The notes beneath the pieces are model-generated. The model searched no databases and was not told where the DNA came from. It saw only the letters and a program-made list of their open reading frames with translations. Positions 46,986-57,062 of a DNA stretch of 64,000 nucleotides are shown in pieces. Numbering within the stretch: the stretch's first letter is position 1; each line of letters begins with the position of its first letter. This DNA comes from Lentisphaeria bacterium (GTDB lineage: Bacteria > Verrucomicrobiota > Lentisphaeria > Victivallales > Victivallaceae), in NCBI GenBank assembly GCA_017508385.1, contig JAFVZB010000008.1:32848-96847 (forward strand), in the 5' to 3' direction. The position numbers and the translations under genes are program-made.

Positions 46986-49900
46986 TTATTTTACTTCAAG
47001 CACCCTGCCGAAACGCAGTGCTGCTATCTGTAATCTTATTTTTTCTTCCGGAATTCCGGTCATCTTCGCCAGACACTTGCGGTAGAGTTTGAGCTGAAGA
47101 TGGTGACGGGATATCAACTCTTCGGCTTTTGCAACATTGTCGCTCTTGTAGTCGAGGATATCGGCTGAGACAGGTTTTCCCTCTTTTCCGCAGTAGAGTA
47201 CGACCCGGTCAAAAGCTCCGGGAATGATCGCTCCTGAGTCATCTTTCAGCAGGAACCTGCGCTCTTTCCACAGAATGTGCGGAGTATCCGGCATGGCGAG
47301 GATGGCTCTGATTTCCGAACCCTCAGCGAGTGATTTTTCAAACAGTTCACGGATATCTTCATCAAGCTCTCCGGCTCCCGGAACGTCACTTGGGTTGAAG
47401 TCTTTTCCGACGTACTCTATCTTTTCAAACAGCTCGTGAAGAGCCGTTCCGCTCTGTGCCGCAGTTTTGGGAACAAAACGCAGTGACGGGTCAATGGTAA
47501 AGTGAGCGTCATGCTGTCCTGAAGCCAGCACTTTTTTACGGGCTGAGGGAACAAATGTGACGGAAACGGCGGCAGGTTTTTCCTGCACCTCAACAGTTTC
47601 TGCATTGTCAGTGTACCAATCCTCTTTGCCTGAGGCGTAGGAGAGTGTTCCGGGTTTTTCACACTGCGATGTCTCGAGGATGTGTTCAAGCTCAGGAGCC
47701 TGATTTACCATGCCGTAACTGCTGAGACGGTCGGAAATTATATCGTTGATAAGCGGATGCTTTTCGTCAGGAGAAAGTCCGTTTTTCGAGTCGGCAAAGA
47801 TATACATCGCCCGCTTGGCACGGGTCATGGCGACGTAGTAGGTGCAGCAATCTTCATAGAGTCTGTTTCTGTCTTTCTCTTCTGCGTATGCTGTGAATTC
47901 CGGAGCAAGACAGCATATCTCTTTCTGCGGAAAATAATTTATCCATTCGCCATTTTGAATGTTCAACTTGTTGTTTGCGGTGAACGGCGTTGATTTTACA
48001 TCCGGCAGAAAGACGATATCAAACTCAAGTCCCTTGGATTTGTGTATGGTCATGAACTGAACGGTGTTGGCAACGGATTGGTCTTTTTTTCTGTTCCAGT
48101 TTTCAATGGCGCTGAAAAACTCATCGGATGAGCCTGTGAAACTCTCTGCGAGTGTGCGTGCCGCATCGACACGCTCGTAGTCGAAGTCGGAAAAAACATC
48201 TCCGAAAACATCGAGATAGTGTTGGATAAATCCGGCAAGACCGTGTTCAAAAATATCTTTTCTGATTGCCGCGGCAAGCTGTGAAAGGGTCACTTCATCA
48301 TCACGGCTGTACTGCATTTTCTTTGCAATGTCTGCCGGAGTGATGCGTTGATATCCATCGGCTCTGCTGCCTGAAAGCATACTGAAAAAGCCTTTGGCGT
48401 ATTTGTCTCCCGGATGCTCGGAAAGAGTGACCATTTGTTTCATCACAACGTAAGCCATGCTGTTTTGCGGAGCGATACAGCCGTCTATCGAGATCGGAAT
48501 ATTTCCGTCAAGAGCACGCAGGGCATCTGAAATGGTTGTTGCGGTCCCATTGGTTCTGCACAACACTCCGACAGTGAGTTTTTTGGCGCGGTTGAACGGA
48601 TTTATCTGATTGAGAACGCCCAGTATTGTTTCAGATTGCATGGCAGTCAGAGCATCTTTTGTCGCTCCGTTGGTATTGATGAGAGCTGAAAATCCGGGAA
48701 ACGAGAATTCACTGGTGTGCTCTTTGAAACCCATCTTTTCTATACAGCTTCTGAGTAAGGCGGGAGTTTTTTCAACTGTTTCAAACACCCGGTTCACCGT
48801 TTCGAGTATATCCTTGCTTGAACGGTAGCTTTTCACCAGAGTTTCGCAGGGTTCATACCCCAGCACCCGGGCGGCGGGAGCGGTTTTTTCTATCACTTCT
48901 CCGAACAGTTCGGGGGCTCCTCCGCGCCACTGGTAGATCGACTGCTTGATGTCTCCCACACAGAAGAGGCTTCTGAAGCGGTCGTAGGGGTTGAGTATCT
49001 CGCTGATAAGGTTTTCAAAGATGTACCACTGACTTCTTGAGGTATCCTGGAACTCATCGAAGAGGTAGTGGTTGATGATCGAGTCGAGCCGCTCTTCCAT
49101 GTTCATATTTTCGTTGTACGAGAGATGAAAGATGCCATCCTCCTCTGAGTTGCGCAGCAGCATGGGCTGGTCATCAAAGGTCAGTATTCCCTTGTTGCGC
49201 ACCTCTCTGGTGTAGATTTCATCGAATTTTTTTGTCAGGGTGAAAACAGCTTTGGTTTTTGCGTGGCATCTTTCAAGTTCAAGGTGGAGCAGGGCACTTG
49301 CCGCATCACGGATGAGATCAGCATGTTCAGGAGTGAATATTTTGGATTTGGTGTAAATGAGTTCAGTTCCTCTTTCCCAGAGCCAGTTTTCGGAGTTGTT
49401 CTTGAAAAAGTTTTCTTTAAATAATCTGAGGATCGAAGGCGAAATTTTTCCCCGTTCAACATTTTTGATGTGTTTGGCAAGTTCTGTGCAGCGCTCTTCC
49501 AGCGTTTTGTTTTGGTAACCGGGCAGAAAAGCGATGATTTCATCTGCGAGAGCTGTGAGTTTTTCCCGGTCGGTGGGGTAGAGTTCCTTTTCAAAATCAA
49601 ACTCTTTTCCCCACGGAATATCCTTGTTTTCAGAGTACAGACATTTGAGATAATTAGAGTAGTTGGTCTGGATGATTTCCAGCAGGGTCTTTTCAAAAAT
49701 CACCTGTTCATTGCGGGAACACTCTTTCAAAAGTTCACGCAGCTCCTCTCTCTCTTCTGCTGTCGCCCTGCTGAGCCAGTGCCTCAGAACCTTGCGTTTC
49801 GGACGGTCATCGTCGTTATCAACCATGGTGGTTTCTGCCGGGAGTCCGAGTTCAGGAGCGTAGGCTTTGAGCAGGCTGCTGAAAAAACTGTCGATGGTGC

Positions 49901-50285
49901 TGATACGCAGCTCTCCGTTGGAGACGAGCAGTTTCTGCAGGATTTCTGCCATCTTCTCTTTGGTGACGCTCTTGCAGAGTGCGGAACACTCCCCGTCATT
50001 TGATGCAGCTGTGTTTTTCAACAGCTCCAGCAGGCGGTTGATGATTTTGTCGAAAATCTCAGCTGTCGCTTTTCTGGCGAAGGTGATGGCGAGTATTTCC
50101 GACGGTTCAATGCCGTAGGATATCAGCTGTATATAACGGTTTGCAAGGTTGTAAGTCTTGCCGGTTCCGGCGGATGCCATTATCATGTTGTAACGGTGAA
50201 AGCACTTGAATACTTTTTCTCCGCATCCGGAACAATGACAGTTGGCTTTTATAAAATCAGGACAGTCACAAATTCTGTTATTCAT
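46986..50285 (-). CDS. addA: UvrD/Rep-type helicase with C-terminal PD-(D/E)XK nuclease (AddA-like)
   Basis: Walker [19 protein letters not shown], and C-terminal nuclease motif GAFDRV...ILDYKSD. GAGGAG RBS before ATG 50285. Cys/His-rich first 31 aa. Confidence 0.8.
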   Translation of the reverse strand: MNNRICDCPDFIKANCHCSGCGEKVFKCFHRYNMIMASAGTGKTYNLANRYIQLISYGIEPSEILAITFARKATAEIFDKIINRLLELLKNTAASNDGECSALCKSVTKEKMAEILQKLLVSNGELRISTIDSFFSSLLKAYAPELGLPAETTMVDNDDDRPKRKVLRHWLSRATAEEREELRELLKECSRNEQVIFEKTLLEIIQTNYSNYLKCLYSENKDIPWGKEFDFEKELYPTDREKLTALADEIIAFLPGYQNKTLEERCTELAKHIKNVERGKISPSILRLFKENFFKNNSENWLWERGTELIYTKSKIFTPEHADLIRDAASALLHLELERCHAKTKAVFTLTKKFDEIYTREVRNKGILTFDDQPMLLRNSEEDGIFHLSYNENMNMEERLDSIINHYLFDEFQDTSRSQWYIFENLISEILNPYDRFRSLFCVGDIKQSIYQWRGGAPELFGEVIEKTAPAARVLGYEPCETLVKSYRSSKDILETVNRVFETVEKTPALLRSCIEKMGFKEHTSEFSFPGFSALINTNGATKDALTAMQSETILGVLNQINPFNRAKKLTVGVLCRTNGTATTISDALRALDGNIPISIDGCIAPQNSMAYVVMKQMVTLSEHPGDKYAKGFFSMLSGSRADGYQRITPADIAKKMQYSRDDEVTLSQLAAAIRKDIFEHGLAGFIQHYLDVFGDVFSDFDYERVDAARTLAESFTGSSDEFFSAIENWNRKKDQSVANTVQFMTIHKSKGLEFDIVFLPDVKSTPFTANNKLNIQNGEWINYFPQKEICCLAPEFTAYAEEKDRNRLYEDCCTYYVAMTRAKRAMYIFADSKNGLSPDEKHPLINDIISDRLSSYGMVNQAPELEHILETSQCEKPGTLSYASGKEDWYTDNAETVEVQEKPAAVSVTFVPSARKKVLASGQHDAHFTIDPSLRFVPKTAAQSGTALHELFEKIEYVGKDFNPSDVPGAGELDEDIRELFEKSLAEGSEIRAILAMPDTPHILWKERRFLLKDDSGAIIPGAFDRVVLYCGKEGKPVSADILDYKSDNVAKAEELISRHHLQLKLYRKCLAKMTGIPEEKIRLQIAALRFGRVLEVK

Positions 50286-50305
50286 ATTGCAAAACGCTCC
50301 TCAGC

Positions 50306-53137
50306 TCAATCTTCAAAAACTATTCCGGGGAGAGCGCTGGTTGTATCAGGCAGCAGGATGGCGGAATAAAGGCTCTTTTTCAAACTTTTTGCGCTTACTC
50401 TCTGCTCTTTCCACATCTTCAACTCTCTTACGATATCCCACACCATCGCCTCGGCGTTTTCAAGAACTGCATCCGGATTTTCCCATTTGCACGGAATCAG
50501 CCGGGTGTCGCTTACATTTTTTGGCAGTGCCAGGTAGGAACAGTTGATTTTTACCGTTTCCATATCAATTTCAGGATGCAGTTTCGCAAAGTGCTCATCC
50601 TTCCTGATAAGTATGGCATAGAGCGGCATTTGCAGGTCGGTGAATTTTTCCGTCTGCGTTGCCTTTTTAGTGATATCCTCGATTTTTCCGCTCTTGAAGT
50701 CGATGATCCTGAGGGTGTTGGTTTCAGGAGAGTATTCTATGCGGTCTATCTTTCCTTTGATAAAGACGTAAGGTTTTTCGACTCCGTTTTCGGTGAACGT
50801 GAGCGGTATCATCTTTTGCTCTCCGCCGAGAGTGTATTCGCACTCTTTGGGAATAAAGTGCTCGTCTTTTGACATCTTCAACAGTTCCGGTGCAGCGTAT
50901 TCGAGACGCTGGGAAATGTTTTCTTTCACCACTTCGAGCATCGGAGAGGGATTTTTTCCGAAACGTGCGCAGAAGATATCTTTCAGGTATTTCTGCAGTT
51001 CGGCGTTGTACTCCTCTTCACTGCGGCAGACGGTGCAGCCGAGCTTCTGGAATACCTCGTGCAAGATGGTTCCTAAAATTGCGTTGTCAGGCTCTTTTGC
51101 AAGGTAGTCGCAGCTGCTCATATTCATTATCCTGTTGAAATAGAAGTCGAGAGGATTGGTGATGTATTGGGCAAAATCTGTGACCGACAGTACCGGAACT
51201 CCGGGGTGTTCAGGGTGCTCATTGTAATTCAGCGCAGGCGTGAGAGTGAACGCACTGTTGATTGATTTCCACTTGTCGTCAGGAAGTGCATCGCTTTTTT
51301 TCTCTTTGAAGAACATGTCGCTGCGGCGTACCAGTTCGTCGAGCTGTACGTTTCCTGAAAAGAAGAGCGGACTCGGAATGCGGGGAGCTCCCTGCGAGTC
51401 GAATTTGAGAACGATGATATTCAAACTCCTGTCGCCTGTGGTCGATTCACAAAGGGCGTTGAAGTGAGCGGCGGCACGGGCAAAGGTCTCTTTGTTGCTT
51501 CTTATTCCGATTTTGCTCCTGACCGAGTCGGTGAGGTAGGTCGTCGGAGCGATCCTGTCGGGGTAGCAAGTTGAGTCAACGTTGAAGAAAAATACGTTCT
51601 TTTCCCGCAGGTAGGGCAGTTCAAGACATCCCTGCACGGCGAGCGAGTCTGCATTTGCACGGGGAGCAAGTTTTTCCTGACCGAGCTGTTTCCAGAAGAG
51701 CTCGAAGAGCATATCCTTGCCTGAGGCAAGAACATTGCTGTATTTTGCGAGTTTGTCGAGACCGTCACGCAGAAGGTTGCACTCCGCAGAGAACGGAACC
51801 TGATCGAACATTGAGTTGTCGATTCCGGGGTAACAGCTGTATGTTTCAGTGAAAAACTCTCTGAGAAAGAGGGCAAGCTCGGTTGTGCGGTACTTTTTGA
51901 GTATGCTGTCAAGTTCCTGAAACACCTTTGCGCAGAGCTGGTGTTTTTCGCTGTTGCTCTCAAAATATGCGGTGATGTTGGCAGTTTCAGCAGGCAGAAC
52001 TTCGAGCAGAAAGTCGTCGAGCTTGCGCAGGATATTATCCGATGCGGTATCAAGTTTCCTGGCTAAGCTGAAGAGAAAATCATGATTTTTTATCAGTTTT
52101 ACCGCATTGTCGGTATCCTCACTCTGCTTGCAGAAGTCGAGCAGGGCACTGCCGAGTTTGTGCAGACGCAATGTGGAAGCCGGAACTCCTGACGGGTCGT
52201 AGAGTTCGAGTCTGCCGCCATGTTTTTCCGCCCACTTGCCGATGCTCTTCCTGAGCTCGGGGAAGAGCGACGGGTCGGCGAGTATCACTGCCGTGTCGTC
52301 GAACACGATTTGCGACTGTTTTTCCAGAAGTTGAGCGAATTTGGAGCAGGCTTCCTGCGTTGAATCGACACGGTGGATGCAGGAGTCGAAATCTTTTATC
52401 GGCATGGCACACTTGCTCCACTTTTCCGGAATGGCGGTTCCGGTGTGGTCGAAGCAGTCGAGCTTGCTCTCACCGGCGTATATCCACGCCTCGACTTTAT
52501 CTTCAAAGCGTGAGGCGATATTTTCTATCTTCTTTCTGAGCAGGCGGGGCATATCGGCTATGCCGCAGAGGATTATTTTATCGTAAGCTGCGAAAGAGTC
52601 AGTTTCCTCAGAGGCACGGATATCCACTTCAAGACGGTCATCGAAGCCGGCATTTTTCAGTTCTTCAAGATAGAGCTGCTCAATGGCGGCAAGCTCATCG
52701 GCTCTTGAACCGAGGTGTTCACGGGCATCGGAAATGGAAAATCCTCCGGCGGTGAGCTCGAAACGCAGACGGACGAACGGTGACGACACCACGTTTTCAT
52801 CTTTGATGTTGGGGAAGAGCAGCGGAAAATCGCCGCTTTTTGCCGCCCTGACCGCAGTTTTGTACCAGATGAGCTCATCTTCGATGGCGTCAGGAGTGTT
52901 TGCTCCGGCAACTCCGAAGTGCAGCAGGACTCCCGGAGTCATCATTTCCGGAGTCAGTAATCCGTTGGGAGCCTTTTCGGCAAGAGCCGCCTGCAAATTT
53001 GTGCGGGCATAGTTGCCCGGAATCACCATGATGATCTTTCCCAGATCGACGAATCCGTTTTTGCCGTCCAGCAATCTTTCGGCGGCGAGGTCGGGCAGGG
53101 GCTTGGATGTTCCGAGAGGAACTCTTTTTATCGGCAT
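50306..53137 (-). CDS. addB: AddB-like PD-(D/E)XK nuclease subunit
   Basis: 943 aa with C-terminal GKIDRIEY...RIIDFKSGK nuclease motif and no clear Walker A. Start placed at ATG 53137 (AAGGAG RBS). Adjacent to the addA-like gene. Confidence 0.65.
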   Translation of the reverse strand: MPIKRVPLGTSKPLPDLAAERLLDGKNGFVDLGKIIMVIPGNYARTNLQAALAEKAPNGLLTPEMMTPGVLLHFGVAGANTPDAIEDELIWYKTAVRAAKSGDFPLLFPNIKDENVVSSPFVRLRFELTAGGFSISDAREHLGSRADELAAIEQLYLEELKNAGFDDRLEVDIRASEETDSFAAYDKIILCGIADMPRLLRKKIENIASRFEDKVEAWIYAGESKLDCFDHTGTAIPEKWSKCAMPIKDFDSCIHRVDSTQEACSKFAQLLEKQSQIVFDDTAVILADPSLFPELRKSIGKWAEKHGGRLELYDPSGVPASTLRLHKLGSALLDFCKQSEDTDNAVKLIKNHDFLFSLARKLDTASDNILRKLDDFLLEVLPAETANITAYFESNSEKHQLCAKVFQELDSILKKYRTTELALFLREFFTETYSCYPGIDNSMFDQVPFSAECNLLRDGLDKLAKYSNVLASGKDMLFELFWKQLGQEKLAPRANADSLAVQGCLELPYLREKNVFFFNVDSTCYPDRIAPTTYLTDSVRSKIGIRSNKETFARAAAHFNALCESTTGDRSLNIIVLKFDSQGAPRIPSPLFFSGNVQLDELVRRSDMFFKEKKSDALPDDKWKSINSAFTLTPALNYNEHPEHPGVPVLSVTDFAQYITNPLDFYFNRIMNMSSCDYLAKEPDNAILGTILHEVFQKLGCTVCRSEEEYNAELQKYLKDIFCARFGKNPSPMLEVVKENISQRLEYAAPELLKMSKDEHFIPKECEYTLGGEQKMIPLTFTENGVEKPYVFIKGKIDRIEYSPETNTLRIIDFKSGKIEDITKKATQTEKFTDLQMPLYAILIRKDEHFAKLHPEIDMETVKINCSYLALPKNVSDTRLIPCKWENPDAVLENAEAMVWDIVRELKMWKEQRVSAKSLKKSLYSAILLPDTTSALPGIVFED

Positions 53138-53214
53138 ATAAAACACTCCTTGTTTCACTTGAACAACAACACTGGTAAATGTAACAAAAAAAACGGATTT
53201 GTCAAGTAAAAAAA

Positions 53215-53252
53215 CAAAAAAACTCCGGAAATTCTCAGCAGAACTCCCGGAG
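53215..53252 (-). terminator. possible terminator downstream of the GH4 gene
   Basis: Stem CTCCGG/CCGGAG (53223-53228 with 53247-53252) followed on the minus strand by a T-run (plus-strand A-run 53215-53222). The 18-nt loop makes it weak. Confidence 0.35.
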
Positions 53253-53279
53253 CCGTTTGAAAGTAATGTTTTTACCGCA

Positions 53280-54632
53280 TCAGATGTATTTGGGAAGCAT
53301 ATTTCCGTGTGCTTCGATGAGGTCGTCGCACATCTTTACGATGTCGTCGATAGAGAGCTCGGCGGCGGTGTGCGGGTCGAGCATCGCAGCCTGATAAATG
53401 CGGTCACGGTTCAAGGTGAGGGCGGCTTCGATGGTGAGCAGCTGAACGTTGATATTGGTCATGTTCATGGCGGCACACTGGGTCGGCAGGTCTCCGACAT
53501 AAGTTCCCTGAACGCCTTTGGCATTGACCAGACACGGAACTTCGACGACGGCATTTGAGGGCAGATTGGTGATGAGTCCGTTGTTCATGACGTTTCCGCC
53601 GATGACGTAAGGCTTATTGGTCACGATGGCATCCATGATTCCCGAGCCGTACTCGTTGCTGAGGGTGTGTGAAAGATGCGGGTCGTTTTTAAGCTCTGCG
53701 TACTGAGTTTTCCATTTCTTGATCTGCTCGATACATCTGCGGGGGTACTCATCGAGCGGAATGTTCCACTCTTCGATGAGTCCGGGGTAGTTGTGTTTGA
53801 TCCAGAACGGAGCATACTCTGCGTTGTGCTCGCTCGATTCGGTGACGTAAAATCCGAAACGCTTCATCATCTCAAGGCGGATCATGTTGCCGGATTTCTT
53901 GGAAACATCTTTCTCTTTTCTCCACGCTTTGACCTTCTTCTCAGCCAGTTTTTTGAGCTGCGGATAGAGGTCTTTGCCGTTCTCGGTTATCTCGAGCAGC
54001 CACGCCATGTGGTTGATTCCGGCGATGTGAGATCTGATGTTTGCCAGACGCTCGGGTGAGTGGTCGAGTTCGAGGGCTTTCAGGAGCGACTCAACGCAGA
54101 CCTGCACTGAGTGACAGAGTCCGACAGTCTTGACTCCGGTCGCCTGAAGCATGGCTCCGGTGAGCATAGCCATCGGGTTGGTGTAGTTGAGGAACCAGGC
54201 ATCGGGAGCGACCTCTTCGATGTCATGGGCGAAATCGAGCATTACAGGAATGGTGCGCAGTGCTCTGAAAATTCCTCCGATACCGAGGGTGTCGGCGATG
54301 GTCTGGCGCAGACCGTACTTTTTCGGGATCTCAAAGTCGATGACCGTCGAGGGCTCATAGCCGCCGACCTGAATGGCGTTGACCACAAAATCAGCTCCGC
54401 GCAGCGCAGCCTTGCGGTTGCGGACTCCGAGGTGGGTGGTGATTTTGGCTCTGCCGTTGTTGACGTTACGGTTGATTACATTGAGGATATATTCAGACTC
54501 CTTGAGCCGCTCACCGTCGATATCGTAGAGGGCGATGTGTGAGTCTCTGAGGCTTTCCCTGCACATGCAGTCGCCGAGTACGTTGCGGGCGAACACGGTG
54601 CTGCCTGCACCCATAAATGTGATTTTTGCCAT
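53280..54632 (-). CDS. GH4 family NAD/Mn-dependent glycosidase (alpha-galactosidase/alpha-glucosidase, MelA/AglA-like)
   Basis: N-terminal KITFMGAGSTVFARN Rossmann motif, NYTNPM, GLCHS and INHMAW motifs; 450 aa. Confidence 0.9.
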   Translation of the reverse strand: MAKITFMGAGSTVFARNVLGDCMCRESLRDSHIALYDIDGERLKESEYILNVINRNVNNGRAKITTHLGVRNRKAALRGADFVVNAIQVGGYEPSTVIDFEIPKKYGLRQTIADTLGIGGIFRALRTIPVMLDFAHDIEEVAPDAWFLNYTNPMAMLTGAMLQATGVKTVGLCHSVQVCVESLLKALELDHSPERLANIRSHIAGINHMAWLLEITENGKDLYPQLKKLAEKKVKAWRKEKDVSKKSGNMIRLEMMKRFGFYVTESSEHNAEYAPFWIKHNYPGLIEEWNIPLDEYPRRCIEQIKKWKTQYAELKNDPHLSHTLSNEYGSGIMDAIVTNKPYVIGGNVMNNGLITNLPSNAVVEVPCLVNAKGVQGTYVGDLPTQCAAMNMTNINVQLLTIEAALTLNRDRIYQAAMLDPHTAAELSIDDIVKMCDDLIEAHGNMLPKYI

Positions 54633-54843
54633 GATTTTTCTCCTTTGTAAAGGGGTTGTTTGATATCGGCTCTGGTTATAAGATATCCCTGAAAATCGAT
54701 TTGTAAACCTTGAAAAACATCTTTTTGTGGTAAAAAAATCTCATTTTTGGTAATAAAGTCCTATTTAGTCAAGAAAAAATGTTTGCAATTTCCATCATAC
54801 TGTTATATATTACTCCGGAACAGCTTGGAACAGGAGTGTTTTT

Positions 54844-55722
54844 ATGGCAGGAAAAAATCCGGCAAACGGGTACGATCACGGAGGCTCTCTGCTCTTTCCG
54901 CTGCGTGGAGTTCATCTTCACTCGATGGTCAAAGGGGCAGGGCGTCAGCGAACTTGCGACCACTCCTATAACTGGGATGGCACCAAGCGGGGAAACCGTG
55001 ATCTCGTGCTCTGGCAGTACACGATTTCAGGTATGGGCGCAGTCGATTACGCATCACGCACCATGTATCTCGAGCCGGGTAAGGCGTTCCTGCTGGTCGT
55101 GCCCGAAAAGCACCGCTACTATCTGCCGGAAAACTCCGACCACTGGGAGTTTTTATACCTCTCGCTCAACGGTACTGAAATCGTCAGGCTCGCATGGGAG
55201 CTCCGCCGTATGTCAGGTGCCGTCTCAAGCCGCTACTGTTCTGAAAAGAGCGTGGCTGTCGCCAACAGGATAATTGACGGAGTCATCAACAAAACGCTCT
55301 CTCCGCATCAGGCAAGTGCGGTGGCTTACGAATTTATGATGACACTGCTTTCTGAGAGTGAAGCAGCTCCGTCGGGAGTCGATGTCGATCTGCACCAGAT
55401 CATGCACGACTACTGTCTCGAAAACATCGAGCGTCATCCCGATATCGACGAGCTTGCGGAGGTCGCAGGGTACAGCAGAGGTCACTTTTACCGCAAGTTC
55501 AAGGAAAAAACCGGAGCCAATCCGCACGAGTTTATCCTCGACCTTAAAATGCGTTTCGCCATGCGCAAACTGCAGAACGAATACAATATCTCGGTCAAAG
55601 AGGTCGCAGCCGCCTGCGGTTTCGAGGACCCGAGCTATTTTTGCAAAGTTTTCAAGAAATTTTTCGGAGTAACTCCCGCCTGCTTCAGAGGGGAAAAACG
55701 AAAGAAGGAGTCTGTTTTATGA
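54844..55722 (+). CDS. AraC family transcriptional regulator
   Basis: C-terminal double HTH (DELAEVAGYSRGHFYRKFKEKTG...VAAACGFEDPSYFCKVFKKFFG). Divergent from the GH4 gene. Confidence 0.85.
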   Translation: MAGKNPANGYDHGGSLLFPLRGVHLHSMVKGAGRQRTCDHSYNWDGTKRGNRDLVLWQYTISGMGAVDYASRTMYLEPGKAFLLVVPEKHRYYLPENSDHWEFLYLSLNGTEIVRLAWELRRMSGAVSSRYCSEKSVAVANRIIDGVINKTLSPHQASAVAYEFMMTLLSESEAAPSGVDVDLHQIMHDYCLENIERHPDIDELAEVAGYSRGHFYRKFKEKTGANPHEFILDLKMRFAMRKLQNEYNISVKEVAAACGFEDPSYFCKVFKKFFGVTPACFRGEKRKKESVL

Positions 55723-56822
55723 TAATAAACAAATTTTACACCGACGGCGGATGTGCTGAACTTTTTATATCCTCAGAGTCTGAACGCCGTGAGAGTTTCC
55801 GTGATGAGGTGGTCACGACTTTGTGCGAGCTTCAGACCGCCATTCCCTCGAACTTCAAGCTGGTCTGGGTGCGTTTCCATGTGAGCGACATCGCCAATCA
55901 GTACGCCGAAATCGAGAGTGCGACCCGTGAACTGCCTGCCATGATATCCGTGGTCGGACAGGCTCCCCTGAGCGGAGCGCACATTGCTGTTGAGGCTTAT
56001 GCCATTGATGCCGACTGCACCATCGAGTGCAACGACAACAGCGTGTGCAAGATAGATTTTGAAAATTACAGCCAGCTCTTCTTCAATCTGAAAGAGGTGA
56101 AGTCAGGCGACAGTTTCGGTCAGATGAATGAGGAGTTTGAACTTGCTGAAAAACTCATCTCATCTTTTTCAGGTACCATCGAAAACAATCTCCAGCGCAC
56201 CTGGATATACTGCCGGGATATCGACAACAACTATGCCGGATTGGTCAAAGCCCGCCGTGAGCTCTTTGAAAAGCTGGGCATGGTCGCCGATACCCACTAT
56301 ATTTCAAGCACCGGGATCGAGGGGCAGTCACATCCGCACAACCGTCTGGTGAGGATGGATTCCTTTGCTCTCTTCGGTCACGAAAGAGAACAGATAGCAT
56401 ACCTGCACGCCCTTGAAAATCTCTCTCCCACCCACGTTTACGGAGTCACTTTCGAGCGGGGAACCCGTATCATTTACGGAGACCGCAGCCACTATTATAT
56501 TTCCGGCACAGCCAGCATTGACAAAGATGGCAACGTGATGCACCTCTGCAATGTCGAAAAACAGACCGAAAGACTGCTCGACAATGTCGAAGCACTCCTT
56601 GCCGAAGGCGGAGGAACTCTTGCCGACCTCAGGCAGGCGGTGGTTTATCTGCGTGACCCTGCTGACAGAGCACTGGTCGAAAAAGTGATGAGCAAGAGAG
56701 TTCCTGCCGATACCGCACGGGTGATGGTGCGGGGCTCGATCTGCCGCCCGACCTGGCTGGTCGAGATGGATGCCATCGCCGTAAACAACAAAGGCAACAG
56801 CAAATTCAAGCCGCTTTGTTGA
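55719..56822 (+). CDS. RidA/YjgF-fold protein, FkbO/Hyg5/XanB2 chorismatase-like
   Basis: LQRTWIYCRDIDNNYAGLVKARRELF and ISGTASIDKDGNVMH...EKQTERLLDNVEALL resemble chorismatase-family motifs. ATG 55719 overlaps the AraC TGA (ATGA). AAGGAG RBS at 55705-55710. Confidence 0.5.
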   Translation: MIINKFYTDGGCAELFISSESERRESFRDEVVTTLCELQTAIPSNFKLVWVRFHVSDIANQYAEIESATRELPAMISVVGQAPLSGAHIAVEAYAIDADCTIECNDNSVCKIDFENYSQLFFNLKEVKSGDSFGQMNEEFELAEKLISSFSGTIENNLQRTWIYCRDIDNNYAGLVKARRELFEKLGMVADTHYISSTGIEGQSHPHNRLVRMDSFALFGHEREQIAYLHALENLSPTHVYGVTFERGTRIIYGDRSHYYISGTASIDKDGNVMHLCNVEKQTERLLDNVEALLAEGGGTLADLRQAVVYLRDPADRALVEKVMSKRVPADTARVMVRGSICRPTWLVEMDAIAVNNKGNSKFKPLC

Positions 56823-56861
56823 AAATTTTGTTCCTGATATGGGAAGATGATGCGGGGAGAG

Positions 56862-56957
56862 AGGGAAAACTTCTTTTCCCGGGAAAAGAAGTTTTCCCTC
56901 TCTCCCCGCGCCCCTCTCTCCCTTTCAAGAAAAGCGGGAAACCTTTTTACCCTTGTA
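56862..56957 (+). repeat. palindromic repeat element, copy 3
   Basis: 58-nt perfect palindrome 56862-56919 (29-bp arms, no loop) followed by tail GCGCCCCTCTCTCCCTTTCAAGAAAAGCGGGAAACCTTTTT. Confidence 0.9.
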
Positions 56958-57014
56958 GGGAACGGAGCTTTGTTAAAAATCAGAGTGTTTTGATATTCCG
57001 CACTTGCAAACATG

Positions 57015-57049
57015 AAAAAAGCCCGCAGTTTTGCGGGCTTTGTGTTTGA
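57015..57049. terminator. bidirectional rho-independent terminator
   Basis: A-run 57015-57020, stem GCCCGCA/TGCGGGC (57021-57027 with 57032-57038), then T-rich tract. Lies between convergent genes. Confidence 0.65.
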
Positions 57050-57062
57050 TGGAGCGGATGAT

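Noticed and set aside
46986-53137. AddA-like/AddB-like pair as a candidate novel defence system.
   Set aside because: The architecture (UvrD-type helicase with C-terminal PD-(D/E)XK nuclease, plus a nuclease partner) matches the ordinary AddAB/RexAB recombination-repair complex. No associated methylase, ATPase or toxin genes are present. Only the N-terminal Cys cluster is reported, as a minor finding.
56958-57012. Possible degenerate FTLIELL-like remnant (NTLIFN) beside repeat copy 3, which would have linked all copies to pilin leaders.
   Set aside because: Only three residues match, the spacing to the element differs from copy 1, and the DNA shows no similarity to the leader-coding segments. 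It is judged coincidental.
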